Below are positions 13,501-25,127 of a stretch of DNA of 64,000 nucleotides, piece by piece; the first letter of the stretch is position 1; the number at the start of each line of letters is the position of its first letter. The position numbers and the translations under genes are program-made. The stretch is from Botryllus schlosseri (taxonomy: Eukaryota). The stretch covers positions 19,904,001 through 19,968,000 of the forward strand of contig CM119371.1 in assembly GCA_051294905.1 (NCBI GenBank). Reading direction: 5' to 3'. Below the pieces are notes generated by a model. It was not told where the DNA came from and did not search any database. It worked only from the letters and a program-made list of their open reading frames with translations.

Positions 13501-14630
13501 AATTAAATCATCGTTAGATTTACTATCGAATATTGAAACCGATCAATACCAATAACATGTCCGATCGCTAAAGAATCGATTGATGTTACAGCGGTGGAGG
13601 GTACCACTACCTGACTCGCCACTTTTGATTGGCGATAATAATATGTAAAGACGGAGTAGACCCAAGATGAGGTAGGACGTAACTAACATTACATCAAGGG
13701 GAAAACAGAATGCCAATAGTTATCATTCCCATACTGAACTGATTAGCTAAATGCCCTACGCAGCGCAAGTTACGAACTTTTGATATATTCTTCAAACCTG
13801 AAAATGCTGACGACGACCGCACAAAATTATATCGCGGGCAGCATGCCGCCCGATGGCTACGTGTTTGAGACCTCTGTTCTTGAGTTTCCATATTCTGTCA
13901 AATTTTATCGGAATCGAGTAAAGCTGTTTCTGAACTCTTTTTCTTTTGGTTCATTGCCATGATGTAAAGGGCTTATTTTGCTTCGTCTATCATGGACATG
14001 CATATGAACGGAGACTGCTTACTAACAGCTCGACGCGAAACCTGAAGTGTGTGTTACTTCACAATAGAAATAAATATGCATCGGTTCGGTTCTAGGACTG
14101 TCTCAACACAGGATTTTCTGTGGCCCACAGCAGATACTATGTTTTCTATGCTGGATCAAATCCAGAAGCGAGCATTGGTTAAATTCTGGTGATGTTTTTA
14201 AATGGTTTCGAGACTTTTTTTTGTTCTAAGCAGGGCTGTTGAGTCAGTAAATTTTACCACCGACTCCAACTCCGACTCCGAATCCATGGAAAAGTTCATG
14301 GGCTGCAGTTTAACTGATTTATCATGTTGGGAATATGCTTCATTGTACGGTGAAGCGCAGATCACACGTACAATATTCAGACGCGGCACCACTCGCGGCA
14401 ATCTCACTCTTTCACTAAAACGAGAGGTTACGTCATCAAGAAGTGAGAAAAATATGTGAAGAAGTAAATGTGTCCGGCAGGGGTCGCAGTGAAGCATGAG
14501 TGTGTCCGGCAGGGGTCGCATTTTAGAACGCAGCCGAGCGCGGAATTAACACTGCGCGTTCTTTTGTAAAGCTATATCTTCGCGGCTAGCACGTTCGATA
14601 CGTTCACGTTCAATTTTGACATTCGATAAG

Positions 14631-16109
14631 ATGCTTCGCCATACAACTTATGTTGGCCGGCCGGATGGTACGGTAGGCGTAGCAAACAGGAATGCGATGC
14701 TTTTATTGCTCTGGGTAGCAATAAGAAAGAAGCACAGGCGGAGGACTAGGCGCACATGGGTGCACCCAATTCTGCAAAGAAGGGAGATCTTAGGTATGTG
14801 TAAAGGTACATTTATGGCAGTATTATAGCTCATAGAAACCAAATTTTTACAGGCGAGTTTCATGCATTGGCGAGGGAGCTGAGATTCGAAAGACGGGAGT
14901 ACTTCCGAGATTACTTCTCAATGAGTGTGGAAACCTTTGATGATCTTCTTTCATTGGTCGGCCCGCTCATAGTCAAACAGACGACAGTCATGAGAAAGCC
15001 TATTCCACCCAATGACAGATTAGCTATCACGCTTAGGTAAACAAGACAATTATAGACGACTATCTGTGATTAATTTCGTAGGACGCTGTCAAGCAAGTTA
15101 TGGTTAGTTATTGAATGTTGATTCTAGCAAGCTTCTTAGATAACAGATTGATCAATAGTACAGTACAGAGCCATGCACTCTATACAAGACGTCCACCCTG
15201 TTGTTCTGCAAATAGGTTTCTTTGCACTGGCGATACCTATCGTACAATCACTTTTTCCTATCGATGCGGGAGGTAGACAATTGCAAAGATTGTCCCGCAA
15301 ACCGGTGCCGCTATTTGGAGGGCCCTAGCACCCGAGCACATGCCAGAGCCGGAAGAAGGCCGATGGAGACAGATTGCAAAACAGTTTCAAGATAAGTGGA
15401 ATTATCCGAATTGTGTTGGTAGTATAGATGGAAAGCATGTTTTGATAAAGAAACCTGCTATGTCTGGGTCCCTGTTTTTCAACTATAAAAAGACTTTTAG
15501 TGTTGTTTTGATGGCAGTTATGGATGCTGACAAGTGCTTTATTACTGTTGATGTTGGTCAACATGGTGGGGTCAATGATAGTAAATGTTTCAATAACTCT
15601 GTTTTTGGTAAACGTCTGGCCTCTAACCAATTAGATCTGCCATCAGCTTCTCCTCTACCTGGGTTTCGCAGTCCAACTCCTTATGTCTTTGTGGCAGATG
15701 AAGCCTTTCCTCTGAATAGGCATATCATGAGGCCATTTCCTCGCTCAGTGTTGACCAGCGATGAACGTCGTATTTTCAACTACAGATTGTTACGTGCTAG
15801 ACTTGTTGTTGAGAATGCATTTGGGATATTATCCTCTCGCTTCTCTTGCTTTCGAAGGCCAATGGCTGTTTTACCTGTGCATGTAGGTGAAGTGGTCAAA
15901 GCCTGTACCGTTCTACACAATTTTCTTATGAGTGATCCAAATTATTGTGATGTTGCAGTGAATGGAGGGCGCCGGACGTCGTCGTTACTGCCTATATGAT
16001 GAGACGGGGAAGAGGAAGTGCTGGGGAAGCTAAGGCCACACGGGAAAAATACGTCAGATACTTCAGCAGTAGTGAGGGAGCCGTTTCTTGGCAGCAAGAA
16101 CGTATATAG
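14631..16109 (+). pseudogene. Harbinger DDE transposase (HARBI1/ALP1-like), three exons, disrupted
   Basis: GT-AG introns 14794-14852 and 15037-15215 join WVHPIL..GEFH..YFSMSVETFDDLL..RLAITLR|FLCTG. Catalytic motifs GSIDGKHV, ADEAFPL and VVENAFGIL are present. In-frame TAG at 15274-15276 and a frameshift near 15995 before the typical C-terminus YFSSSEGAVSWQ. Confidence 0.92.
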
Positions 16110-16868
16110 TTAAATCAAACATTTCCAGTGTTCGTTTTGGAGGGTGTAATTCTTGAAAGTGGAGTGATATAGCTAATTATTTATTGTAACTTCAGGGACC
16201 AAGTGTCAGTAGCAGCTTGAATTGTAGTTGATGTGCTCTCTCTCCTGTTTGTATTAGTGATGCCTGTGATGAATGAAAAGCGTCGTGTATCCTTGACATT
16301 TCTAGATGGTATGTGGTCCAGTCCATCATACTACATGACTGGTAATACGCTGTCTGAGGCAATGTCGACACTTAGTTAATCATATATATAACGTAACGTT
16401 CGCCCTCCAATTCCTGACTTTTCAATAAATGCAACACTCCGCAGTATTCGTTATTGTTACGTATATTGACAAACAGAATCATTTGCTACAATGTTAGCCA
16501 GCTATGCAGTGCATTCCGGGGCAAAACTTTCCGCAAGGAGCGTGGAGACCAAAGTGTAAACCCGGTAAAATGAAAGATCTCCGGGTCGCCATGACCCTTT
16601 CGTATGCAGCAAATAGCAGGCGTGAGCACTTGAATTTTCTGTCATCAGACATTGTCGTACGCAGCAAATGTTAAGGGTGGTCGTATATGCAGCAAGTGGT
16701 GAGGGTGGTCACTTGAACTTTCTGTCATCAGATCTTGGTCCTGTAACTCGATACGATCTTCCTTCATCTGGTAAAATAATTCTACGGCAGCATATGGTGT
16801 TCTTGACAATTTATGGGGGTTTAGGATAGTGATGGATGTTAATCTAAATGACAGGGTCAGAAAACAAC

Positions 16869-17357
16869 TAGGGCTGCTGGGCAAAATCGAGTACCCGAGT
16901 GATTCGATTCTGAAGTCGAGTATCACACATTATGGCGTCACAACAAAATATACTATATCAAAGTTCAAATATGTTCATTTTACACCACCACAAAGAACAT
17001 AATGCCTGTTATCCGTTACATTAAAGACACTTTGGTATTTGGATACTTGGTATTTTTTCGACCATACCGATTTCATTGCACTTCTTGACAATGTTGTGGG
17101 GTGATCACGACTTCGTAAATGCTTCATTTCCAGTAACATTCGTAGCTTTGTACTATGTCTCGTATGTTGCGACACGGTTTCAATTAAGGCTTCCTCAGTA
17201 GAAAATCATATCAAAACTAATTCTCGTTGGTAAATCCACTTTCAGTTGCAAGGAGCGTATAATGTCAGTACTCGAAAAAATCGTCCGACTCAACTCGAAT
17301 CATTGAAATTACTACTCGATTCAGATTCGAGTACTCGAATCATTGTGCCCAGCCCTA
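16869..17357. mobile_element. hAT-type MITE nested in the Harbinger
   Basis: TAGGGCTG(CTG)GGCA...TGCCCAGCCCTA termini with 8 bp flanks AAAACAAC/TAAACAAC. Confidence 0.75.
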
Positions 17358-17749
17358 TAAACAACTCTGTCAGAAATGACTATAAACAACATTGAATAGG
17401 TATTGAATGAATTAAATATTACCTCGATGGACAGCGCTGCACAACTCCTTCACTGACAATTATCTCAGGGCCACTGTGGTAATCCTTGGTCTGAAACGAT
17501 GTCACAGTACAGCACGATGCATACATCCAACTCAACAATTTAATCTCTGTGTAATGAACTTTTCTGAGCACATTACATTAGTGACTAGCGAACACTTTTG
17601 TTCATGGAAATTTCAGTGTCAAACTTCAAAATATGGAAACAAGCATGCCTCCGTGACAGGAACCATATCTCTCCACATTGAACATGTTTCTGATTATAGC
17701 TACACCAAAGATGCATTCATTTAAAGTCAAGTTACCGGAGGTTGAACAT

Positions 17750-19892
17750 TCAACTTCTTCCATGATTCCATCTCGGATCAGCTTGTGGATCTTGAATTTG
17801 ATGCGAGCCCGTCGAGTGATATCCTTGATGGAGGCCAATTCCTTCCCCATGCTCGCCATAAAAAGCTCATCCGCGGATGGTTCTGTTGATTGCATCATCC
17901 TCATTACTATTTACTATAGATGTGCAGAACTTTTGCTGGTGTTGGCGTGGTTGTCAGCAATGTTCCCTCTAATTTTTTTTATGATTCTGCGCGCACTCAT
18001 CAACTCACTGCGCGGTCTCTTGGACAACAGTGCTGACGACTAAAAAAAATTCATCACTTCGGATTTTTTTAGCGCAGCTTAGATTTTCTGTGCGCAGAAA
18101 CCGTGTCAGCACTACGCAATTACGCAGCTTGGAGGGATGATGTGATACAGCATACCCTAGCATTTGTTGTGTTACAATCGGTTTCATGGTGAACGGAATC
18201 AAAATATCTATTGGACATTTACAGCTACGTTTGGTCGAACTACCGATAAAACGAGGGCGTGAGCCTGAGATCATGGAAATTTCCACAAAATGCAAATATC
18301 ATACTAGTTATGACTGTTGATAAGAGAATTCTCAAATATGAGTCTGCATTATGCCATGTACTCATTTTCCGAATATCAAATTTTACAGCATACGCAGATC
18401 TACTTGACACATGCGTACCTCTATTTCCTTGCTGCAATGCTTTCAGTAGTCTGCACATCATCATCGTCATCATCTCTTGGGTGTTTCCGCTTGCGACTCC
18501 CCCTCTTCGCCGCTGTAGCAAATACGCACAGTAGTTGAAGAATGAAGATACCACGTTTTTGTAAAAATTCCACTTACGACGTGATGGTGCGTCGACTGAT
18601 TCAACCGACAGCACCGATGTTGCTGGTGGATTGTCGAGCGACGGTGTGGCCACAGATGTTGTTGGCAGCATGTCAGAGATGAGCGGATTTGAAATTTCTA
18701 TTTCCTAATCCAATCTAAATCCGAACCTCCAAATCCAAATCCAAATCCTAATCCATACCTTTTTCATATTCAAGTCCATGTCCAATCCTAATCCGATTCC
18801 AACTGGAAATTCAGAAAAAATAGTAATTTAAGCAATGGAGGGATTCGAAAATTTTCTTTCACAATCAACGATTCACTTGATTCAAGATAACTTAGTAACC
18901 ATAAGTACATTAATAACTGATCTGAATAAAGTTTGTCGCCATTCGCCACACGACATTTCAATCTCCCAGAAAATAGGTAAATCCAATCCAAATCCTAATC
19001 CGTTCTGAAAAAAATGTCTAATCCATATCCAATCCAAATCCGACAAAATTTCTCAAATCCTGTTTTTTCAAAACCTAATCCTAATCCATGCTCATCTCTG
19101 CAGCATGTTATCAAGTACTGACGACGATGTGGCCACCGATGTTGTTGGCAGCGTGTCATCAAGTAACGACGATGACAGCGGTTCCTCGGACATGTTTGAT
19201 GATGTTCTGTATAACATGGAAAAATTCCTAACTATCATCAATCTGATAATTTTGACAACGACCAAAGATACACTGAGCTAAAAGTGAAATTTTGGTTTGC
19301 TATCTGCTAATCCACGGAGTCAAACTATCAACTATTTTTTGAAGAATCTAGTCTGTCTGAATTGATATGTTACGTTTTCAGTACGATAGTGTTGCACTCA
19401 CTGACTAACATAACTTTAGCAGTACTTACGGCATCAATAAATTAATAGCCTTCCTGCAACTCAAATAAATTCAACTGCAAGTTACTTGGTTAATGTACGG
19501 ATCTAAAATCTCAAATAAAATTACCAAACAACTTACTGCCTCGTTTTAATGTACGGATCTAAAAAACTCATGATGCCCATCAACGGCCATCTGGGCAAAA
19601 CAGCCTCATACCCTGATATCCTGAGGGTATGTATTTGTTTTTCTCCTTCACATAGCGGTCACGGAGATTCTTCCATCTGAGTGTAAAACCTTGCCCTGTA
19701 ATATTTTATGTTAGCTCGTGCTCGGAGATATTTACAAGGACACATTGTACCTGGGCATCCAAGGGCTTGCGACACTTCTCGCCAAACTATTGCCTTTTTT
19801 TCTCTCAGATAATACGACGGGTGTGACTTGTCATACAAAATACTCCTGGATCTCACTTCCTCAATAAGTATTTCGTCGTTGACTAAACTCAT
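17750..19892 (-). pseudogene. Harbinger second ORF: MADF (Myb/SANT-like) DNA-binding protein with C-terminal BESS-like motif, spliced, disrupted
   Basis: Exon 1 LIEEVRSRSILYDKSHPSY..KKAIVWREVS splices in frame to exon 2 RWKNLRDRYVKE..SG..W..MSFLDPYI. A BESS-like segment ADELFMASMGKELASI..RARIKFKIHKLI lies at ~17770-17880. A MITE interrupts an internal exon. Confidence 0.85.
18674..19100. mobile_element. MITE with 8 bp TSD inserted in the MADF gene
   Basis: TIR CAGAGATGAGC/GCTCATCTCTG, perfect TSD CAGCATGT (18666-18673, 19101-19108), and AATCC-rich subterminal repeats. Confidence 0.9.
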
Positions 19893-22800
19893 ACTGGCGC
19901 TCACCTGTTAATTCAGAACATGGCGAAGGTGATATATTACTGATACTGAATCCTCGTGATATCTTGAAACGAAAACAACGGTACTGCTGGACTCTTCTGG
20001 AAACTATTGGTACAGTGGTATTCAGAAGGAATATTTACACCTCTTCGATAAATTATTACTTACATAATATTCCTTGCTATTATTACCAAAATAATCACAT
20101 GGCCGGACCTACGAGATCCGTACACGGTTAAGGTTTTCGAACAACTGATCCATATTTCACAAATCATTTTTTCTCGGCTGTGACCTATATCCTCTCGTGC
20201 GGAATGATTCACTCGCGACTCTCGAATGAAACGCGACTGCAGCGTTCCTCCCGCGCACGGCGCTGGCGCATGAGCAGAGCAAAGAATGAAACGTATGCGC
20301 GAGTGCGTGCCGCGTCTGAATATTGTACGTGTGATCTGCGCTTAAGCATAACGGTGATAGTGCCAGATTACAAAATGCTTTATAACTGACTAATTATGAT
20401 AGAACCGACGTGAACCCCATTGTAGCAATTATCCCCTAATAAGTGCATAACGACTTTACTTTTGTTGCTAACGAGAAGCGATGAGAAACTTCGGTTACCA
20501 GAGTATGCTAATTGACAGTGATGAATTTTGTTAATTTCGATGAATTGGTACCCCCATATTACAAGGGTTGTACTTTAGGCCACAGCTCTTCAACCGGGTG
20601 TATCGTAGGCTACACCCTAGGGCAGTGGTTCCTAACATGTGGTATGCGAAGTCTAGTGGTACGTGAAGCTCATTCAGGTGGTATACGAGTAGATTCTGAT
20701 TTTTTTTCGACTGAAGGAAGTTATTGATTCAGGTGGTGTGGATTTTGAGTTTTGAGTTTTGAGGTCGTTGGTGTGGGTAGAGGCAATTCCACCAATGACA
20801 GCCTACAGGTAAGAGATCTAGTCGTAAAGCATTGGGATTCTTACCTAATAAAATGCCGTTTTAATATATTTGACCACTATAATTCCAATTTGAACCACTA
20901 CCGAAATCATATACTGCGCCATTAAACGGGCAGTTTATTCTCTGTTTCGCTGCCTTCGGCAGCTCAACTCGGTGTAAGCATTTTTGACCGCCTTCGGCGC
21001 GCATAACTGCTGTAGGTGGTATGCGAGCACTGGATAAAATCTCGAAATGTTACATGAGTGTGAAAAGGCTGGAAACCACTGCCCTTGGGGCCTGGGGGTA
21101 CCATTATGTTTGAAGGGTGCACCATTCGGATGGGTGTACACTGTACAGGGGTGTACTAGATTCGAATTACAATAGACCTATAACTAGCTATCACAAAAAA
21201 TAGGCAAGTTCATGCTTCATGACAGGTTGACCGGACCGGACATGCAATATCGTAGAATGTACATCTTGTAAATGACTTTCCTTTTGTGATGTCATCAGCA
21301 AATATTTCTCCTCGTCATTCAACCGCTGATAATGACTTATTGGTTCCTCTTGGTGTAGAACAGGCTGAAGCTAACATGCGTTCAGCTTGCGATATCTGTC
21401 TATAGCAGCCTATATACTCTTACATCAGTGGTCGGGAACCTATACATGGCTCTTTTGGCTATAAGATATGGATCTTTGACAAATTTTCAATTCTTGACCT
21501 AATTTATCAATACCAGTATTGCAGCAACTTGTTAGTAAATTTTCATGACGGCCCGACTAATTTTTCTCGTGGCAGCATGACACCAGGCTTAGGGCTTCGT
21601 ACCCCTTTTCGATATCTTCAAATTTAAGTTGATATCGCGCCGGCGACTAACATCACTGGCGAATTCGATCTTCCCGCCATCGCGCGACTCAAAATCTTGA
21701 ATTGCACGATACCTTGAAATGGCGACCCTTGTAGGACAATGCAGGTTTGAACTACACATTGTTCTCCTGATCTACGCCGATAAATAAACTTCCTCCGAAG
21801 TGACATTAACAGTTATAAATTCAAATTAAAAACAAGGCCATAGCTACACTGTTATAAAATTTTTAGTAAATTTACTCCTAATTGCGAGGCAGCAGTTTTA
21901 CATACCCTGGTATCGTTAAATACTAAAAATTAGTAATTTTTTTACTATAATTTTAGTAAATTTTCTGACTCAGGATAAGCAGCATTTCTACTCACTCTTG
22001 TAACCTTGATGCTAAAAATTAGTAATATTTTTACTCTTTCTAGTAAATTACTAGCAAAGCTAGCACTGAATTCACAGCCCTGTCGTATCAATCAAAGTAT
22101 TGATTGACTTAATGCTATATGCATGGCGGTATATGCATGGCGGTATAGCATGGCGGTTTTCTAACACTTCGCGGCCTGGTAATACGCTCAACTACATGGA
22201 AATAATTGAATCAAATGTTGCCGCATGAAAGCATTTATTTTCATGTTCTATTTCGTTTCCCGCAGGAGGTTGGTGAGTTTCATCACCTTTGGATGAACTC
22301 TAAGTGTCTTTCTCTTTCTTGAACACTTCGCGCCTACGTCGAAAATCTCGGCGAAGACTCTGTAATATATGAAATATATCTTATAACATAACTGGCGGCT
22401 GGCCATCAACAAGAGCGAATTTGCTTCAGACAAAACTATATTGCTGTATTAACAAAGTTCTGTAGCCTATTCACTATGGGCTACCAGAATCCCATATGTT
22501 AACAGTTTCGTGTTAAATTGTGATTGTCATAAGCAAGCAGAGCACCACAATACTTAATTGTTATTGTCAATGTGTTGTAGAGCTCTGATTGTTTAAAATA
22601 ATGCGGATGTCAGATTTTTCAGGGCGATTTTAAGGCATTTCTAGTGCCCATACCGCATTTTAATTTCTATTTTAGAAATCACCGTTACACTAGCTTTTCA
22701 TTAGGACCGGATTGATTAATATTTTGCGCCCCAGTTGCCAGCTGTGAGATCACCAGTAAAGGTGCCTTTGCACTGCCCAGCAGTGAACGCAAGCAGCTGA

Positions 22801-24508
22801 GCCGAGCGAAGAAACATAATCAGTCATTGCCATTACGGGTTGACATTTGATAGTCTAACTCTCACTCAGCTTACCTTTACATAAACTCCAACGTGGCTGT
22901 CAGTTCGCTCGGGTATTCCAGGTTGAAAACATAGAATGTGACGAACAGATATGCCAAAGCCACGTAGAAGGAGTCCGTGGTGAATATCATTGATTTTTCG
23001 GCAGTTACCACAAACTCCTTCATCTTGTAGTTTGATGAGCCTGAAAATAAACAAAAGGTGTAAAGTAGTCAGCGCTGCTACTCAACTAGATGTAAGGCTG
23101 CTGTCATAAATTTATACTCAATTACGAGTAGAAGAAGCGTAAAAATCCAACCACGCGAGTGTAGTGCTAGTAGGCACTTCAGAAGAGCAAGGCATCAATA
23201 TAAGGTTAATTATCTTCTCAGGATCCATGACTAACACAAAAATGCATTGTTAGTATGCAGCACATTTAACGCAATTGGCTAGGTTCTGAAATAGAGACTG
23301 TGCAGACAACCAGAGGCGCTGGTCAGTAATCAAGTATATCAATATCTATTATTTTGGCATACTTAAGTAGGTTTGCCAATGTTGCCTACTTGAGCTACTT
23401 ATATTCTAGTGGTTGTGGCATTTGACTACTTCCACAGTGATGGGCAGAACTATTGACCTTCAAGTATTCAGATTTTGTAAAGTAGTTATGGGAAGTTTTT
23501 CATTTTCACAACTACGGCGTAACTATTGACAAGATAGTGAGTACCTGTGACTGTCTTATCAGTGGTACCAACTTGCTCGCACTCCTTATCTCTACACCAC
23601 GCTCACCAAGCACACTCGCGGAGGTAACAAATTTCCAGAGAAACCAAAAATCAGACAATTTTTGTATTCATATCAAACCGACTTGTGCAATACAAAACCG
23701 GACACATTTTTCATAATCGAGACTTATGCCGCTATTCTGTGCATGTCACTTACTGACAATAGCAGGGGTGGGCAATCATTTTTAGACTACGAAATGGTTT
23801 CAACATGAAATGATTTAATACTTAATTCAATTTGAGGCTCAAATCATTATGCCCGACCTAAGTCCATGAGATTCGCACGATGACTTTATACTTGCAATAA
23901 ATTCAGTAACAGTCAGTTAGTCATCAGTGTGAACGTGACCCATACTTTAAGTTCATAAATACTTTCCGATTGTAATCGAGAATGGGTGGTTCGGCGCATC
24001 TGCCATTAAATCTTGAGAAATTTCCTGAAAACAGATATGCATGTGTGAGCAATGTTTCCAATATCATTTTTGAGTAGTGAAAATCTTTACCGGAGGACAA
24101 GCAACAACAAGATTATTAAAAAAAGGTATTACCAACAATAGAACAGAACTACATTGGAAACATTCACAAAATAGGTTTTGGGGCTAATATAATACTAACC
24201 ATTCTTTTGAACAATTGAGAGGCTGGTTCTTCAAAGAACGCACAGATCAGCTCGAGGATGCCAAGAGAGGAAGCATATGATTCTGATTTCGTTATCTCCG
24301 ATATAGTTGAAAGTCTTGACAGTGTTTTCTGTACTTTCTGCGCCGTCATATTTTTTAATGTCCTGTGAAGGGTACAATTAGCATTTATTTAAAATGAGAG
24401 GAAAGATAGCAGGTATCTCGTTGATATAATTGTCTTTGAAATATGCTAGTATAGTGTGTATAGAAGCGAAGTTATTGCAGTAGAAAAATTTGGACTTGAA
24501 TAAGATAG

Positions 24509-25127
24509 AAAGAGCTTCTTGGAGGTACAGAACTTCAATATACAATTAAATAGTATATTCATATTGAAATGAACCCGAATATTTTCGGCTGACACTCGTC
24601 AGGGGTAATCGTCAGCAACTAGTAGAGAATTGGAATGAACATTGTATATCAACAATCGTATCACAAAATATGACGTCACCAGCATGAAATTTCGAATGAG
24701 AGAGCGTTCAATGTACTATTTTTAGGTGATACACGAACTCCTTTTGTTGACAGAGTTTTGGTTGGTGTATTTTGATAAAAGTTGATTCCAAGGCACACAA
24801 ATGGAATTGTGAACGGCCTCGACCTACGATTCGAAATCGGTCGTCTCGATAATTATTCGCACAAATCGGATTATCCAACAGATGTTTGCCGATGGCAGAA
24901 TTAATTGCCTTTGATCGATCACCATCAATCTTAAGTGGATGAGTTAAGGGTGAGCTTTTCATATCGCGTGACGCACGTGTTCTGATAAATCTGGGGACAT
25001 GTTGGTTTATGCGGTCCTGCAGACGTCTTGACGTTCTTCCCACGTAGCCACAATCACAGTGGCACCTATATTCGTACACTACATTACTTTGTTGAAGTGC
25101 AGGAAGCACGTCTTTGCGTGTTGAAGG
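24509..25127 (-). mobile_element. Penelope-like retroelement, 5'-truncated copy (GIY-YIG endonuclease plus 3' pLTR)
   Basis: ORF 24708-25109 VVYEYRCHCDCGYVGRTSRRL..RINQH..SAIGKHL..LESTFIKIHQPKLC is a PLE GIY-YIG domain. Near-identical to 37538-38156. Confidence 0.92.
24573..24616 (-). ncRNA. Minimal type I hammerhead ribozyme motif in the Penelope pLTR
   Basis: Minus strand reads ACCC CUGACGA GUGUCAGCC GAAA AUAUUC GGGU. Confidence 0.7.

Larger units (their letters stand above)
14354..20342. mobile_element. PIF/Harbinger DNA transposon, full length, inactivated
   Basis: 36 bp perfect TIR AGCGCAGATCACACGTACAATATTCAGACGCGGCAC at both ends, 3 bp flanks TGA/TAA (TWA-type TSD, one mismatch), and convergent transposase and MADF genes. 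Confidence 0.95.

Noticed and set aside
13690..13990. Possible host exon (TTAQNYIAGSMPPDGYVFETSVLEFPYSVKFY)
   Set aside because: No convincing splice pair or recognisable domain; cannot be supported without a search.
15340..15999. Domesticated HARBI1 host gene
   Set aside because: It is flanked by perfect TIRs and a TSD, paired with a MADF gene, and carries a premature stop and a frameshift, so it is a transposon copy.
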